Source: Camelus ferus
Lineage: Eukaryota
NCBI RefSeq assembly: GCF_009834535.1
Contig: NC_045697.1
Coordinates: 101,682,001 to 101,746,000 of the forward strand
DNA length: 64,000 nucleotides
Reading direction: 5' to 3'
The position numbers were made by a program, and so were the translations under genes. This document shows positions 37,331 through 50,500 of this stretch, in pieces. The notes under the pieces were generated by a model. The model was not told where the DNA came from, did no database searches, and saw nothing but the letters and a program-made list of their open reading frames with translations. The stretch's first letter is position 1. Each line of letters starts with the position of its first letter.

Positions 37331-37889
37331 TAAATAACAGAAAATTTTTTCAGGTTTTCTAAAGAAACAACCTTTTACCTAACCAGATAGTAAGTGCAAA
37401 TAAATTCTGCCCATTGGTATAAAGTGTTTTTAATCAACAGTGTCTCTCCGTTCTATGACTTTCTGGCTAGACCTTTTTAAAATACCAGTGTTTAGGGAGG
37501 TCTTAAGTGTGTTTACCACAGAAATAATTCTGTTCTATGAGCTTTATGCTATGGGAAGAAATAATAAGGTAGTACTATAACAGCCTTGGCATGAATTGGC
37601 CAAACGAGAGAATACAGGCTGAATTGGAATTAGCAATGGAAAAAAAAAAAAAAGGAGATAAATGAGGGAAACAAGTTTTGAGGCCAGTTTTAAAATCAGC
37701 TGGCCCTTGGACCTCTGAATTTTGCTCTCCTCAAAGGCATTATCATTCTCTTGTGGCCAAGAAGGGTACGTTATCTATCTCTAGGGGTTTGAGTCTCATG
37801 GAATCAGAGTCCCACGTCTAACTAAAGATCTCAAGTGTGTGAAGACCTTACTCACATAACTTGCTAATGTACCATACAATGACAATTTT

Positions 37890-38820
37890 CTCTTCCCCTG
37901 CTGCCCTGTATAAAACCTATTTTTAGACTGAAAAATTTATACCGAACTTCCATATACCTATCAGCCAATTTCCCTGCCCCTTGGGATTATTTTGAAGGAA
38001 TCTCAGGCATCATTTCATATTTAAATAGTTGCATTTATATCACTAAATTCTAAGAATTCTTTTTTTAAAACTTAACCGTAGCAAAATGTTCACACCTAAA
38101 AAACTTTCAATCATTTCTTAACATCATGAAATTTCCAATCAGCATCCAGATTTCCCGAATTGTCTTAGAATGTTTCGTGTTTTTTTTTTACATCACTTCT
38201 AACATTTTATGTTAGAATGTTTATGTTTGAATCAGAATCCAAATATGGTCCATACATTGCAATTGATTTAGATATGCTTTCTCAGGCTTTTTTATCTATG
38301 GGTTTCCCTCTCATTTCTCCCTTATTTTCCTTGCAAATTCTGTTGTCATTGTTGAATGAACCAACTTCCTTGTTCTGTAATTTCCCATTGAGAATATCCC
38401 TCTAAGGGCTACAATCAAATTACTGTTTTAAAGGCAGTTAGAATAGTTACCGTATGATGACGCTTCTAACTTGAAAACGATGTCTTGGTGTAGTTTCCAT
38501 TTTCATTTCTTTTATGGTGAGTGATGTTAAGCTTCTGTTATGTGCTTAGTGTCTCATATATTATGGAAGGTTTTGTTCACATCTTTTGCCTGTCTTTTTA
38601 TTGGGTTCCTTATAAACCAATCAGAAGTCTACATTAGGGACATAGACCTTTGTGATTTGAGTTGTGATTATTTTTTTCCCATTTTAATCTTTCATCCATA
38701 TTTTTATGTTACTCATGGTGTTTTCATCATGCAGATGTTGATTTTTTTTTTCATGCAGCCAAATGTAACAATTTTTTTTAAGGCTTGTAGATTTTATGTC
38801 TCAGTTAATAAGGTCTAGTA
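37890..38820 (-). mobile_element. Old L1MC/ME-type fragments
   Basis: tttgaatcagaatccaaatatggtccatacattgcaattg and gttcacatcttttgcc. Boundaries are approximate. Confidence 0.55.
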
Positions 38821-40282
38821 AAGAAGAAAATTAATTGTGCCTTGAAAATGTTCAGTAAGTCTTGAGGAAAAGAAATATTTAAAAGACTGAGAAACACTGG
38901 GAAAGGATATAAAGTTCAGAAAGTCCCACCTTCAAAGTGTGGTCATAATAAATGTCTAAGGGAAGGGCCTTGCCTGTATTTGTGACAGTTCTGGGCATGG
39001 ATAGAAACCGTCAAGAAACTGAAGGCTAGTTTTTTTTTCTAATTGAAGTATAACACATACAGTAGACTGGATAAAGTGAACTAGTCTTAAGTATACACTT
39101 CAGTAAATTCTCACATACCTTTATTTCCTGCATAACTACCACCCAGATCAAGACACTCTGAATGCCAAGTTCTTGATCACCTGACAAATGGAGGAAGAAG
39201 AGATGTTTAGTCTTGAGGGTTAGAGAAATGCATCCTTAGTGCAACAGAGTGGGAGGAGTAAACGGAATGAAAAGGGATGGGTAAGGATCACACAAGGACT
39301 GTTGGGATTAGCCCACCTCCGTCTGATCACAGGGCCTGAGGGTCCTCCCTGAAGTCTCACTTTGTTAGAATGTATTCATATAGAGCAAAAGAAAACAAGG
39401 GTATGGTGCAACCCCAAAACAGGAGAGGGGGCTAAATAAAGGTTAACTCTACGGAAATGGATTAAGGTGTGGCTTCTGCGTCAGAGGTGATGAAGGGTGA
39501 AGATAAACATTCAGGAGAACTGACTTACAGTAGTAAGCCAGCACTGACTCTTTTCTCCTTTGATCTCTTCATCATCCCCTCTTCCCAGGTGGCCCAACCA
39601 AAATCTGCAGAGGGATGAGGAAGGGCAAAGTAGGATTAAAAATAAACCAAAGTGAAGACAAGGCACAGACCAATGCTCATTCACCTCCCACTTTCTATTG
39701 CTATTCTTCCCTTATAATGAAAAGTAACGTTCTTCTCGAGTCCACCCTACACACAGTACAGGTTCAACTCCCTAGAGGCAACCGTTAAGAGGGGATCTCC
39801 CTATTCCTGATGTTTCCTTCCACATGTGTCCATCCAGGCCTCTCTCCACCCCATTCATTTATAGAATGGCTTAATCTGAGTGGAAATTTGAAAAAGATAA
39901 ACTGCGTTTGTCTGGCTTGACTCTTTCCTTTCTCTCCGCTGGGGGCTGGAGTTTCATGGGGGAAGGTGTTCCCTGCTGCTTTGCTAGGTGTGGCCTCTTC
40001 CCACAATGTGCGAATGGCTGCCCTGGTCCAGCACTTTTACAATTGCTTGGAAAAAGTTCCTCTTCCCGGAGTGCATTAAACAAGCTTTTCGGCTCTCAGA
40101 ACAAGGCATGTCCTCCAAGTTAGCCTTTACCACTAATAAAGTAACTTGACATCTCCCATCAGCCTTACTCCTGACCTCATTCCCTGACTTGTTCAGAAAC
40201 TGAATGGAAAAGAGATTCCCCATTGACTGGTACTCCAATATCACCTGCTTATGACTGAGATTTTAGTTCAAAACAATATACC

Positions 40283-40759
40283 ACAGATAAGTGATATCAT
40301 ATGATATTTGTCTTTCTCTGTCTGACTTACTTCACTTAGTATGATCATCTCAAGGTCCATCCGTGTTGCTGAAAATGGCATTATTTCATTCTTTTTTATG
40401 GCTGAGTAGTAGTCCATTGTGTATGTATATACCACTTATCTGTGGAACTAAAAAAAAATACAGATGAACTTATTTATAAAACAGGAAGACTCGACTCACA
40501 GACATAAAAAACAAACTCATGGTTACAAAAGGGGAAGGTAGAGGGAGGGATAAATTAGGAGTTCAGGATTTGCAGATACACACTACTACATATAGATAAG
40601 TAAGTCTTACTGTATAGCACATGCAATTATATCCAATATCTTGTAATAACCTATAATGAAAAATAATATGTATATGTATAACTGAATCACTATGCTGTAC
40701 ACCAGAAACTAACACAACATTGTAAATCAACTAGACCTAAATAAAAAAAATTAAAAATA
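40283..40759 (+). mobile_element. 5'-inverted L1 insertion
   Basis: Antisense ORF2 tail at ~40283-40435 joined to a sense 3'UTR and poly(A) at 40433-40759. TSD aaaacaata(t/c)acc at 40270-40282 and 40760-40772. Confidence 0.9.
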
Positions 40760-41438
40760 AAAACAATACACCTACACTTCTATATCTTGATGTGTCTGTT
40801 TTTTCAAGTAGCTTTTGATCTTATTTCATAAATAATGAGGGATCTAGCTCATAACTAGCTCCTTTTCCTCCAAGAACTTTTTAACCTTTATTATTTTAGC
40901 TCTACTACTGGTAATTTTTGTAACTTTAAGGAACTGTGTCTTCTATTTCTTAATCCATCTACTACTAGTACTGCTCCATTTTGTAATTTATACAATGAGA
41001 AATGAGCTCCCTCCACTTTGCTCCAACTCTCCTCCTCCACCACCTTCCAGCTTATCAGCTCTACCTTTCATTTTTACACTATTAAAGTTTATATTTTTAC
41101 TTTATGTAATTTGTATATACATGTATATATAATTATTATAATTAAATGTTCTACACTTTGTCTAAAGGTTGAATCATAAAAAACTGAAAAACAATTATGA
41201 ATATTTAAAATATGATTAAGGAAATGGTATTCTCAGCAGAACAAATGGTAAGATTGGACTCACAAAGACTCAAACATAATCCCATGTCGATAAGCTGTGC
41301 TGCTTGAAGGAACCTTCTCCAGTGTCAAGGGCAAATAGATATTCTTTTCTCACATTCCATCAATTGCTCAATATCATGCCACATTTTTCCCTTGCTTCAT
41401 TTTTAGACAATCAGTTTTAAACAGATGTTTTCCCTCAC

Positions 41439-42025
41439 TGTACTGGTCAGCTTGGGCTTCTATAACCAAGCACCATGGACTGAGCGGCTTAAACAATACA
41501 CATTTTCTCATGGTTCTGGAGGTTGGAAATCCAAGATCAAGGTGTCAGCAGGGTTGATTTCTGGTAAGATCCTACTTCCTGGCTTGTAGACAGCCACCTT
41601 CTCACTGTGTCCTCACATGGCCTTTCTTCTGTGCATGGATGGAGAGAGAAAGATCATTATTGAGATCTTTCTCTTCTTGTGAGGACACCAGTCCTACAGG
41701 ACTAGGGTCCCCCCTTTCTGACCTCATTTAACCTTAATTACCTCCTTAAAGACCCTATTTCCAAATACAATCACATTGGGGGTTAGGATTTCAACAAATG
41801 AATTTTGGAGTTTGAGGGGAGTTTTTTGGCTTTTTAAATTTTATTTATTTTTTTAAAAAAAAATTTTTGGAGGGGAGGTAATTTGGTTTTTTATTTATTT
41901 ATTTTTAATGGAGGTACTGGGGATTGAACCCAGAACCTTGTGCATGCTAGGCATACATTCTACCACTGCACTGTAACTTCTCCCTAACAATTGGATTTTG
42001 GAAGGACACAATTCAGTCCGCAATA
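41439..42025 (-). mobile_element. MLT1(A/B)-type MaLR solo LTR, interrupted by a SINE
   Basis: ggcttaaacaa..tctcatggttctggaggttggaaatccaagatcaaggtgtcagcaggg, gacctcatttaaccttaattacctcc and ggacacaattcagtcc. Confidence 0.85.
41810..41985 (-). mobile_element. tRNA-Ala-derived SINE nested in MLT1
   Basis: ggaggtactggggattgaacccagaaccttgtgcatgctaggc. Degenerate TSD aacaa(a/t)tg(a/g)attttgga. Confidence 0.85.
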
Positions 42026-42449
42026 CCCATGTTTGTTCAAAATCTATTTAGTAAATACTAGAATAAGTACTCTGCTATGCTCACAAAGAGACAAAAGTAT
42101 CATTTACCCAGTGTCTAGACACACAGTTGAGGATGATCTAAAACTAAACCATGGACTTGTCTGCTCTAAAAAATATGCATAAAATTATAAAATTCCCAGG
42201 GCAGATTACTCTTTGTCCTCAGAGTAAACATGAATTCTTGTCCAAGGCCTAGAAGTCCCAATTGGATGATCTAGAATGGGGTGGTTGTTCCTGAAGGCAC
42301 TGAGGACTCTGCTCTTGCCCCAGCTTCCTCTATCACTCCCACGTCCTAGCAAAGGTGAGTGATAGACACTCTTACCCACATCAAGGAATGAAGAAGGGAT
42401 GGCCCAGGTGAGCACTCGCTTCATAAAACCATGGAGTGAAGGCACCTTA

Positions 42450-42580
42450 CTACCTGCTTGTCCAGAGTTCCTCATTTCATAGTTGAGAAAACTGAAACCC
42501 AGAAAATGTGGATGATGTTGTATGTCCACATTACACAGCCAGGTATATTTTGGAACCCAAGACTTCTGGCACTTCATTCT
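42450..42580 (-). mobile_element. MIR fragment
   Basis: cctcatttcatagttgagaaaactgaaacccaga...gaacccaagacttctg. Confidence 0.6.
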
Positions 42581-43068
42581 GTGTCCTGTCCACGAAACCA
42601 TGAATTTTTCAATTCCTCTCAAGGGGCAGATGGACTCTGGAATTCAGGGAAGATGCCTGATTGTTCTGGATGAATATCCATTCAGCCCTGAATAAGAACC
42701 GTAAACTGGGTCTCTGTTCCCAAGTTTGATATCTAATTACGGTCAAGAGCTGAACTGGAGAAAGCTGAGCTGCCAGGTGTTCAGGTGGTCAATTAAGACA
42801 ACAAGTCAAACTCAGAGGAACCATTAAGCCTTTATTCACTTACTGCAATGGTACAATCAAAAGGCAAAACTGGAAAAAAAAAAAAAAAAAAAAAAGCACT
42901 GGCTCCCTCAGTGTTCCATTTTCTCTCCCAGAGCAGCTCCAGAGGAAGGTCAGGTGGATTAGCAGAGACTGGGGGGTTGCCTCACTGCCAGAGGAGCCCT
43001 GGGTTGGGGGGTGGAGATGGCAAAGAGTAGAAAACTACTGAACACTGAGTCAGCGCAGAAAAGTGACT

Positions 43069-43187
43069 TCGGGAAGGGGACGTGGGTACAGCTCAGGGGT
43101 AGAGCGCCTGCTTAGCATGTATGAGGTAATGGGTTCAATCCCTAGTACCTCCATTAAAAAAAAAAAAAAAGTGGGTGGTGGGGGGAA
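43069..43187 (+). mobile_element. tRNA-Ala(AGC)-derived short SINE or retropseudogene
   Basis: gggtacagctcaggggtagagcgcctgcttagcatgtatgagg..gggttcaatccctagtacctcca followed by poly(A), flanked by ga(a/t)aagtgact. Confidence 0.85.
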
Positions 43188-43562
43188 GATAAGTGACTGG
43201 CAAGGCCTCTTGATAAGGAGGCCTCCGAATGGAGGCATTTGGACAAGGAATGTCGTTATGTGTTAGCCTGGCCGGCCTGTGGGGAAGTGAGTCTGACTGT
43301 TACTCCCTCCAGACGCCCACCAAGTGCGGGGAGGGCAGCTTTCCCCCAAGAGCCTTCCGAATAAAACCTTTGCAATTGCCCACTGGTCAGCCTTGAAAGG
43401 TCACACAGTAGGATTTGGGCCTGGAGCCAGACTCCTCACGAGTGCTTTTCTATGTTCAAATATAGAGCAGGGACAAATTGCAAGACCTCAGTAAATATAT
43501 GCTTATATTTCTTCTTTTGTTTTGGTTATTATAAAGATCTGAATATAAATTAATAGTGCATT

Positions 43563-43659
43563 TTTTTTACTCTTTTTATTTTTTTAATTGAAATATAGTC
43601 AATTTACAATGTTGTGTCAATTTCTGGTGCACAGTATAATGTTTCAGTCATACATACAC
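43563..43659 (-). mobile_element. Short L1 3'-end insertion
   Basis: Poly(T) and ttgaaatatagtcaatttacaatgttgtgtcaatttctggtg. 11-bp TSD aatagtgcatt at 43552-43562 and 43660-43670. Confidence 0.85.
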
Positions 43660-46600
43660 AATAGTGCATTATATTTTTTCTGCCTGTATATACGGCTTTT
43701 TAACTTAAATTCCTAATCTTGTTATCACATTCATTATATATGGTTTTAACTATAATCTCCTTGGTAGAAATAATCCTGGTAGAAATAAAGAAGATAGTTT
43801 CATAAAGATATTAAAGCTATGTCAACCAGTAGGCAAAGAGTTGTGGCTTCTCCCTGCTGAGATTTCATCCTAAGAAAAGATATTCCAGATAGTATTTACG
43901 AAACCACTTCTCTCTTCCTGCTGCCAGACCCCACTAGCTTCCCTAACCTCATACATTCCCTAAACTAGGACAGAAGGCTCTGGAAAAAAAGAAATGGAAA
44001 AGAGAAGAAATTGACAGCCTGTTTCCACCCATTTGGTAGAACTTCTAAAAACTTTCAAAAGCCAATTTCGCTCTGCAAATGTGTATTTTAAAAGGTTGGA
44101 TATTGGATGTGGAAGGAAACTGAGCTGCAGAGCAAGATTGAAGTGTTGTGTGAAATTTCAGTAATGATGCCCATTAACTGAAAAAATATTTGCTTGGGAT
44201 GACTTTGCAGGGCCACCCCTGGGTTAGCCAACAGAGCTGGAACGCGCTGGCCAGGGCGCTCCATGGCCATTTCACCTACCATGTCTGCAAAGCTGGAACA
44301 CCTCCTAGCTTGCCTTCCTATATTGTGTGTATATCCATACCTGCTTCTATTTAAATAAATGACGCGCAGAATGTTATAAGGGTGGATTAAGGTGGAAATA
44401 CACTGCAAAGGAGAGAACCACCGTTAAGCATCATCTTTCTGCTTCTCCCCAGCTGAGCCTCAGGCTTAGAACACTTCTTTTCCCCCTGGATTTCAAAAGA
44501 AAATTATTATTATTTTCACTTGGCATACAGTAGAATTAACTTTACTCTTGGGGTACTGTCCAATGAGGTTTGTTTGTTTGGGGTTTGGGGGAAGACTTTA
44601 CATAGGCTTGAGTGGAAAAGATACTAAAATTAGCTCTTAATATTCCAGTTTTTTTTTGTTGTTGTTGATTTAGGACAGTTCCTAGGTGCTATTTAAAGTA
44701 GGTCTCTAGTATTTCTTTTCCTTGTATTTTTTTTTGTAACTGATTTAAAAGTCTTCCCCACTACCTTACTCATATTTTCTCTGCCCGTTCCCTTCACAAT
44801 GCTTTGTCTATCTTCAGTCCAACTCAGTCTGCTTCTGCACGCAGGCAGCCAACAGGATACACACTGTAAAGTCCATTTGGCCAGACTTGCTGTTTTCTAT
44901 CTTCATATTTGGACATAGAGACTAAGAATCTGGAAGCACAGGTTTTCCATCTTCTGAAAACAGTAATCCATGCTGTACTGATTGGCCTAAGTATTAAAAA
45001 TGGGAGTTCAGTTGGTCCCTGCTATGACTTTCATCACAGGTTCTTTTGCATAGAGCCAAATCTCGGCTGCCCAAACGCCTTTTAGGCTGGAAATAGGCAG
45101 TGCTATTGCCTGGATCCCTGTTACTTTTCTGACCACACCCACTCCCAGCCCTGCCCTCCTCAGCCCTGGTCAGATTATCACCCTTTCTGTGTAAGGAGGA
45201 GGTAAAGCTTCAACAAAGTTAAAAGCCGTATCTCAGTAGCCTGAGACTCTTTATCAGCCAGAACCACTAATGGTCCCTGGTTTCCTTCTGGCTACACTTT
45301 GGGACCAGCAGGAGTGTAGTGAAGGGTTCTGCCTCTTTTATTCATGAACAGAAGTAAAATTACCCTCAATGATCTTTGGGTGAATTCTCCTCCCCATGTA
45401 TTAAATTTACTAAGAAGGACAAAATATATACATGAAGTCAATCCATTTCCATCATTTACCCACAGGTGTATTATATAATATTTCAGAATATTTGTAATGT
45501 GTTAGGATTAACTATAGAATTATCCTCTTTAAAGGAAATCTACCAAACTTAGTCATAAGCAATGAGTCGGTCTCATCCCAGAAATCACTCAAAGGGAGCA
45601 TGTGAGCAAAGATAACAGGGACTTCTTCAAGGAAATGCACCCAAAACAATATCTAGACAACAAACCCTCTCCAGACTATCTTATGTCTAAAGCTAAAGAG
45701 TAAGAGAAATATTATAAACCACTGGCAAGATGGGACTTGAATGAGAGAGCTACTAAATTTTATCAATCCCAGTAGAACAACAACGTGCCAAGATCTGAGG
45801 AGAAACCATGCCTAACTTCCACTGTTACTAATGAAGTGGAAGAAAGCGTGTCCAAGTCTGCACGTGACATTGTTTAGCACGGAAGCCAGAGTGTCACTCC
45901 TATATTAAGGATCCCAGGAAGATGAGGTTCACATTCAGCACCTTGGACTTGATGCTTCTTCCTAATAAGGAGAATGTCAGTTTTCCCTTTGGATCTGCAA
46001 TCAGGACACTTATCATCCCACTGAGAAGAACTGCCTTAGTCATAAGTGAGGCTCACACAAAAGAACAAAGGAAACAGCATTCAGTCTCGGGTGTCAAAAC
46101 CAAATCAAAGCAGTGAGATGAACAGAGCAGAGATTTCTGCTTGTTTTGTTTCCTTATAATGATTTCGTTCACTTATAATGATTCCTGACACACAGTAGGT
46201 GATCAATAAATATTTACTGAGTAAGTGATTATATGCAAGAATGACTAGGCAGTGATTCAACAGTCATTCACACTGAGGGATGAGCTATTCCTTGGTGTAT
46301 GTCATCATTAAACATTTTGCAAAATGTTTTGGAAGTACAGTAACCTCCTTGATTTGCTATCCAGCTACCAAATACTGTATCTAAAATGAATATAAAAGAA
46401 GGGCATAAGTAAGGTACATTTTATTTTTAATTCAACAAGTAGATATTGTGGACCTACTGTGTGCAGCCCATTGTCTCATATGAGAGTGAGAACTCTTTTA
46501 TGGAAAGCAAATCACAGTACGGGTATGAGACAAAACAGGAATGGAACACAAAAGAGGATGAGCAGTGTTTGGACGGCATGAGAGGAAAAATGATTCTTGT

Positions 46601-46696
46601 TTTAATCATCTGACCCTTGATGAGTAGCAACTAAAATCTCCTATTGAAGATCCACCCTTTAACCCTTGTTACCTTTTCTACTTGATCATGTAGATT

Positions 46697-47130
46697 GTAT
46701 CAGTCAGAGTCTAGCCAAGGAAACAGAAGCCACTGTAGGTATTTCAAGCAGGAGGGGATTTAATACAGGGAATCAGAGCCCTTACACAAAACCACTGTAA
46801 GTGGGAGGAGACTGAAGGGCAGGGCAGCCCCTCACAGAACTCAGAAGATCAGGAAGTTCAAGGATCAGAACAGAACTGAGCCAATGATCACAGCTTCCTG
46901 CAGCACCACAGTGGGTGATTTTCAAAAGAATACTTAGAAACTCCTGACAAAGCCTCATGTCTGTGCTCTGCTGAAGCTTACACATTTGCCCACAGCTGCT
47001 GAGTCAAGGATAGCATATCCTTCTGCTCTGTTCTCAGTCTCAAGGAGGGCTCCCGTTCCTGGAACCTAAACTAGACACTGATCACAAAGCAGCTTGGAAA
47101 AAAGGAGCTTCCAGACCTCCAGATCCTGTA
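46697..47130. mobile_element. Ancient LTR relic (LTR78-like, family uncertain)
   Basis: Begins tgtatcagtcagagtc...gaaacagaagccac...ggatttaatacagggaat, resembling the end of an old LTR. Confidence 0.4.
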
Positions 47131-47241
47131 GCCGTGTGGGGCGTGGGGACAGGAGGGAGGGAGGTGGACTGCTTCTTCTATCCCAACAGAGAATCCAGCA
47201 CAGAGATTTACATTGTCTATGGTCAAATGTAAATGGTCTTC

Positions 47242-47441
47242 CAGAAACAGACTCTCAGTCACAGAAAACAAACTACGGTTACAAAAGGGGAAAGGGTGGG
47301 GGGAGGGATAACTTAGGAGTTTACGATTAACACTGCTATATAGAAAATAAACATCAAGGACCTACTGTGTAGCACAGGGAACTATATTCAATTTCTCATA
47401 ATAAGCTATAATGGAAAAGAATCTGAAAATACATATGTATG

Positions 47442-47475
<34 letters not shown>

Positions 47476-47566
47476 TGTATGTATATGTATAACTGAATTG
47501 CTTTGCTATACACCTGAAACTAACAATGTAAATCAACTACACTTCAATAAAAAATAAAATTTAAAA
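47242..47566 (+). mobile_element. L1 3'UTR insertion with an internal (ATGT)n microsatellite
   Basis: cagaaaacaaactacggttacaaaagggg...agcacagggaactatattcaa. Degenerate TSD aaat(g/a)taaatggt(c/t)ttc. Confidence 0.9.
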
Positions 47567-50500
47567 AAATATAAATGGTTTTCATTCATCATGTGGACTC
47601 TGTCCTTTCTTCATAGAGTTGTGTTGTCATCGTCTTCCTAAAGATCTCAAGTTCAAGAATCCTTCTAGATACCATCACAGAAAGACAAGTGGACTAGACT
47701 GACCCTATTGACTATTTGTTCGGTCACCAAAGAGACAAAGCCTGGTGAGCAGCTTGCCTGTGGACTGCTTTTAAGAATGATACTTTAGTAACAGGGTGTG
47801 TTCCTGATCCCCTGGGAGGGCATGAAAGCTGGAAAGCAAAGGGAGGATGCTCTCTGGGAAGGCTTTGCACAGGAGGGTTGAAAATTTAGCAGCAGTTCTC
47901 TGAACAGATGAGAAAGCAGTGGGCATTCAAGGCAACAGAATCAGCATGTGATAAGCCTCTCCTAGAATTTAAGAGCAGGGAGGAACTGCATCTCTCCTGA
48001 CTACATCAGCCCTCCCAACTTGAGCTCCCAGCTGAGGCCCCTGGGGAGGGGAAAGGAAGAGTAAGCCCAGACTGCTCACCTGCCCTCCTGCTCGGGCCCC
48101 TCCCTTGCCTCAGCGCATCTCTCCAGGAGGAAGCTTCCCTGGCCACCCAGGCTGTGAGCAAAGTTCTGCTCTGGAGGGAATGCCTCTGGGAACACTATTA
48201 CGGCCTTCTAAGTGGAGAAACACCCTGCCCTCCCTCTTCAGATGTTTCCCTTGGGTTAGGGAGTGCTGAAAAACAATCTCAAATATCAGGTTCCCATTTT
48301 GATCTGTAAAGTAAGGAAAACACCCTTTAATCTTTCTTTCTCTTCAATCCCTAGAGGTTTTTTTCTCCTGTAAGTGCAGTGGAAGTTCAGGCTCCAAAAA
48401 GCCACCTAGGAAGATGACCCATGGCCAACCCCAGATCCACACCCCTGCTATCCAGTTACCTTCGCTAACTGGACCGCAGGACTTTGCCAAAAGCAACATG
48501 GCAGAAGCCGTGCAAGGAGAGAAGAGAAGGGGTGAGAAAGTGTATTAAGGGTTTACAGTCACTTCTTCACTGGGTTCCATTACTCCGTATGGGTCAAGAT
48601 AAAGCACTCTGAGAACCAAACTACACTGAGAACAAGCCAAAGCACGGGAAGCCTTTCTGCAAGAGCTGGAGAGGGAAGCGGGGTGGGGGTGGATGTTCAT
48701 TTATTTTTAAGGGAAACTAAAATCTCTAATGTAAGAAAGACTGGATTTAGGGTTGCAAACACTTTCAAATACATTAGTAGCATATGGAAAAGGCCGACGA
48801 TGCGTTGATAGCCTTTCTCTTTTCAATGTGTTCCCCTGCCCTCAGCCTGATGGGTGGTTTGTTTCTGTTTGTGCTTTTCCCCCATTTAACGGTGGAGAAT
48901 GCAATTAAGGAAGGATCACTACTAGACTCATCCTTCCCTTATATTAACCCTCCATAATAATGAATAATCAGTCCTCTAGAAAAGACATTACAACGAAAAG
49001 GCTTAGTTAAACCCTAAAACTACAGGTTGAGCAAACATACCTGCAACTGTGTGACGGCAGAAAAACCTTTGCATGAAGCTCGTCGATGAAGAATACGTGT
49101 TACAGAAACTTCCTTATGCTCTAAGAAGTCATCTTGGGATAGTTTTAAGCAAAAGTCTATCATGCTGCATGGTTAAATACGTTAGTGCAAACCCGAATAT
49201 CCCCAAATGGGAAAAAAATATACACGAGGCCAAAAAAACTGTCGAATTGTTTCAGGTGAGAATTAAACTCAGAATGAAGACTGTAAATAAAATGTATTCT
49301 TTCTTTTATCTCATTGATAGATATTTTCTGTCAGATTTTCAGTCTCAGAAGCCTAGGTGAACTTTTAAGCCTGGAAAAACGCTTAAAGCTAATAACGATT
49401 CCAGCAGGTGTATTTTTGAAACATGATTTTTATAAGCTCCCTCTCTCAAATCAATCGATGTCACCACCTCCAGAATGCGCCTAACTGGAGAATTCCAAAG
49501 CAGTGGGGTTTTCCTGGGACAGTGTTGTATAAGGATCTCCGATAAAGCCTTTCCTAATATGCAGTCTTGAATTCTCGAGTCATTACCATCAGAACAAAAC
49601 TCAACAGCCAGAGAAATGTGCTTTCCTTCTGTAGCTCCCATACTCATTCCATTTCTGATGATAGCTTCATGGTCCCCATTATCTCATTTTTCTAGTGTTT
49701 GAAAACTAGATTTTTGATTTTCTAGTGTTTTCCTACAGGGGCATCAATGGAATTCTGTGGAGGACGATCCTTCACTGTTCAAGACAGTCTACAACACTGC
49801 AAGAGATTAGTGTTCCTAGCCCTTGCTCACCAAATTGAGTAACATCTCCCAGTTATCCTGACATCACAAGTTCGCCCCCACATTTCCAAACGTCAAGAAC
49901 CGCCATACCTCAGACATATGTTTCTATATGGACACTGCTCAGTCTCACAGCCCCCAAAGGCAATTACATTCTTGTGGCTGGGACGCTAGCCCCAGAGAAT
50001 TCTTACGCACAATGTCAAGGTTTCCCTCCAGGGCTGTATTCATCTCTGCTGAAGGCATGGTTCCTTCTAACACCGGTCCATTCTTATTACTGAACATGAC
50101 CATCGTTATGGAGTTGTTTCTTAGCTTATTTAGAGACACGAATAAATATGGAAGGAGAATTAAATGTGTTTGCTTCACCCATGAGTTCACTCCCAGGTCG
50201 TTTCAGCCCAGCCCTGCCCATCCTCATCATATTCCAGCCCCTCCTCATCAGTAAGGACAAATGTAACTATCTTCTGGATGGTGCTATTGTACCAATTACA
50301 TTCTCTTCAAAAAAAGGACTACAAAATTCTAGGCGAAGGAACTACTTTTATTCATTGAGATCTTTTCCAGGCAGTATGTGTGATATGCCCTTGAATACAA
50401 CCACAGCCACATGAGTGAACTTCAAAAGGCCTAGGAGGGAACTTCTTAGGCTCAGAAACCTTTCCAAGGATAAGAGATGAATAGCCGCCCAGTGGCCCAC

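Noticed and set aside
586..43187. Six tRNA-Ala(AGC)-like sequences as tRNA genes
   Set aside because: They have broken stems, poly(A)/AT-rich tails and TSDs, so they are retroposed SINE copies.
47135..47170. G-quadruplex-like G-runs
   Set aside because: An isolated intergenic motif with no supporting context, and such motifs are common by chance.
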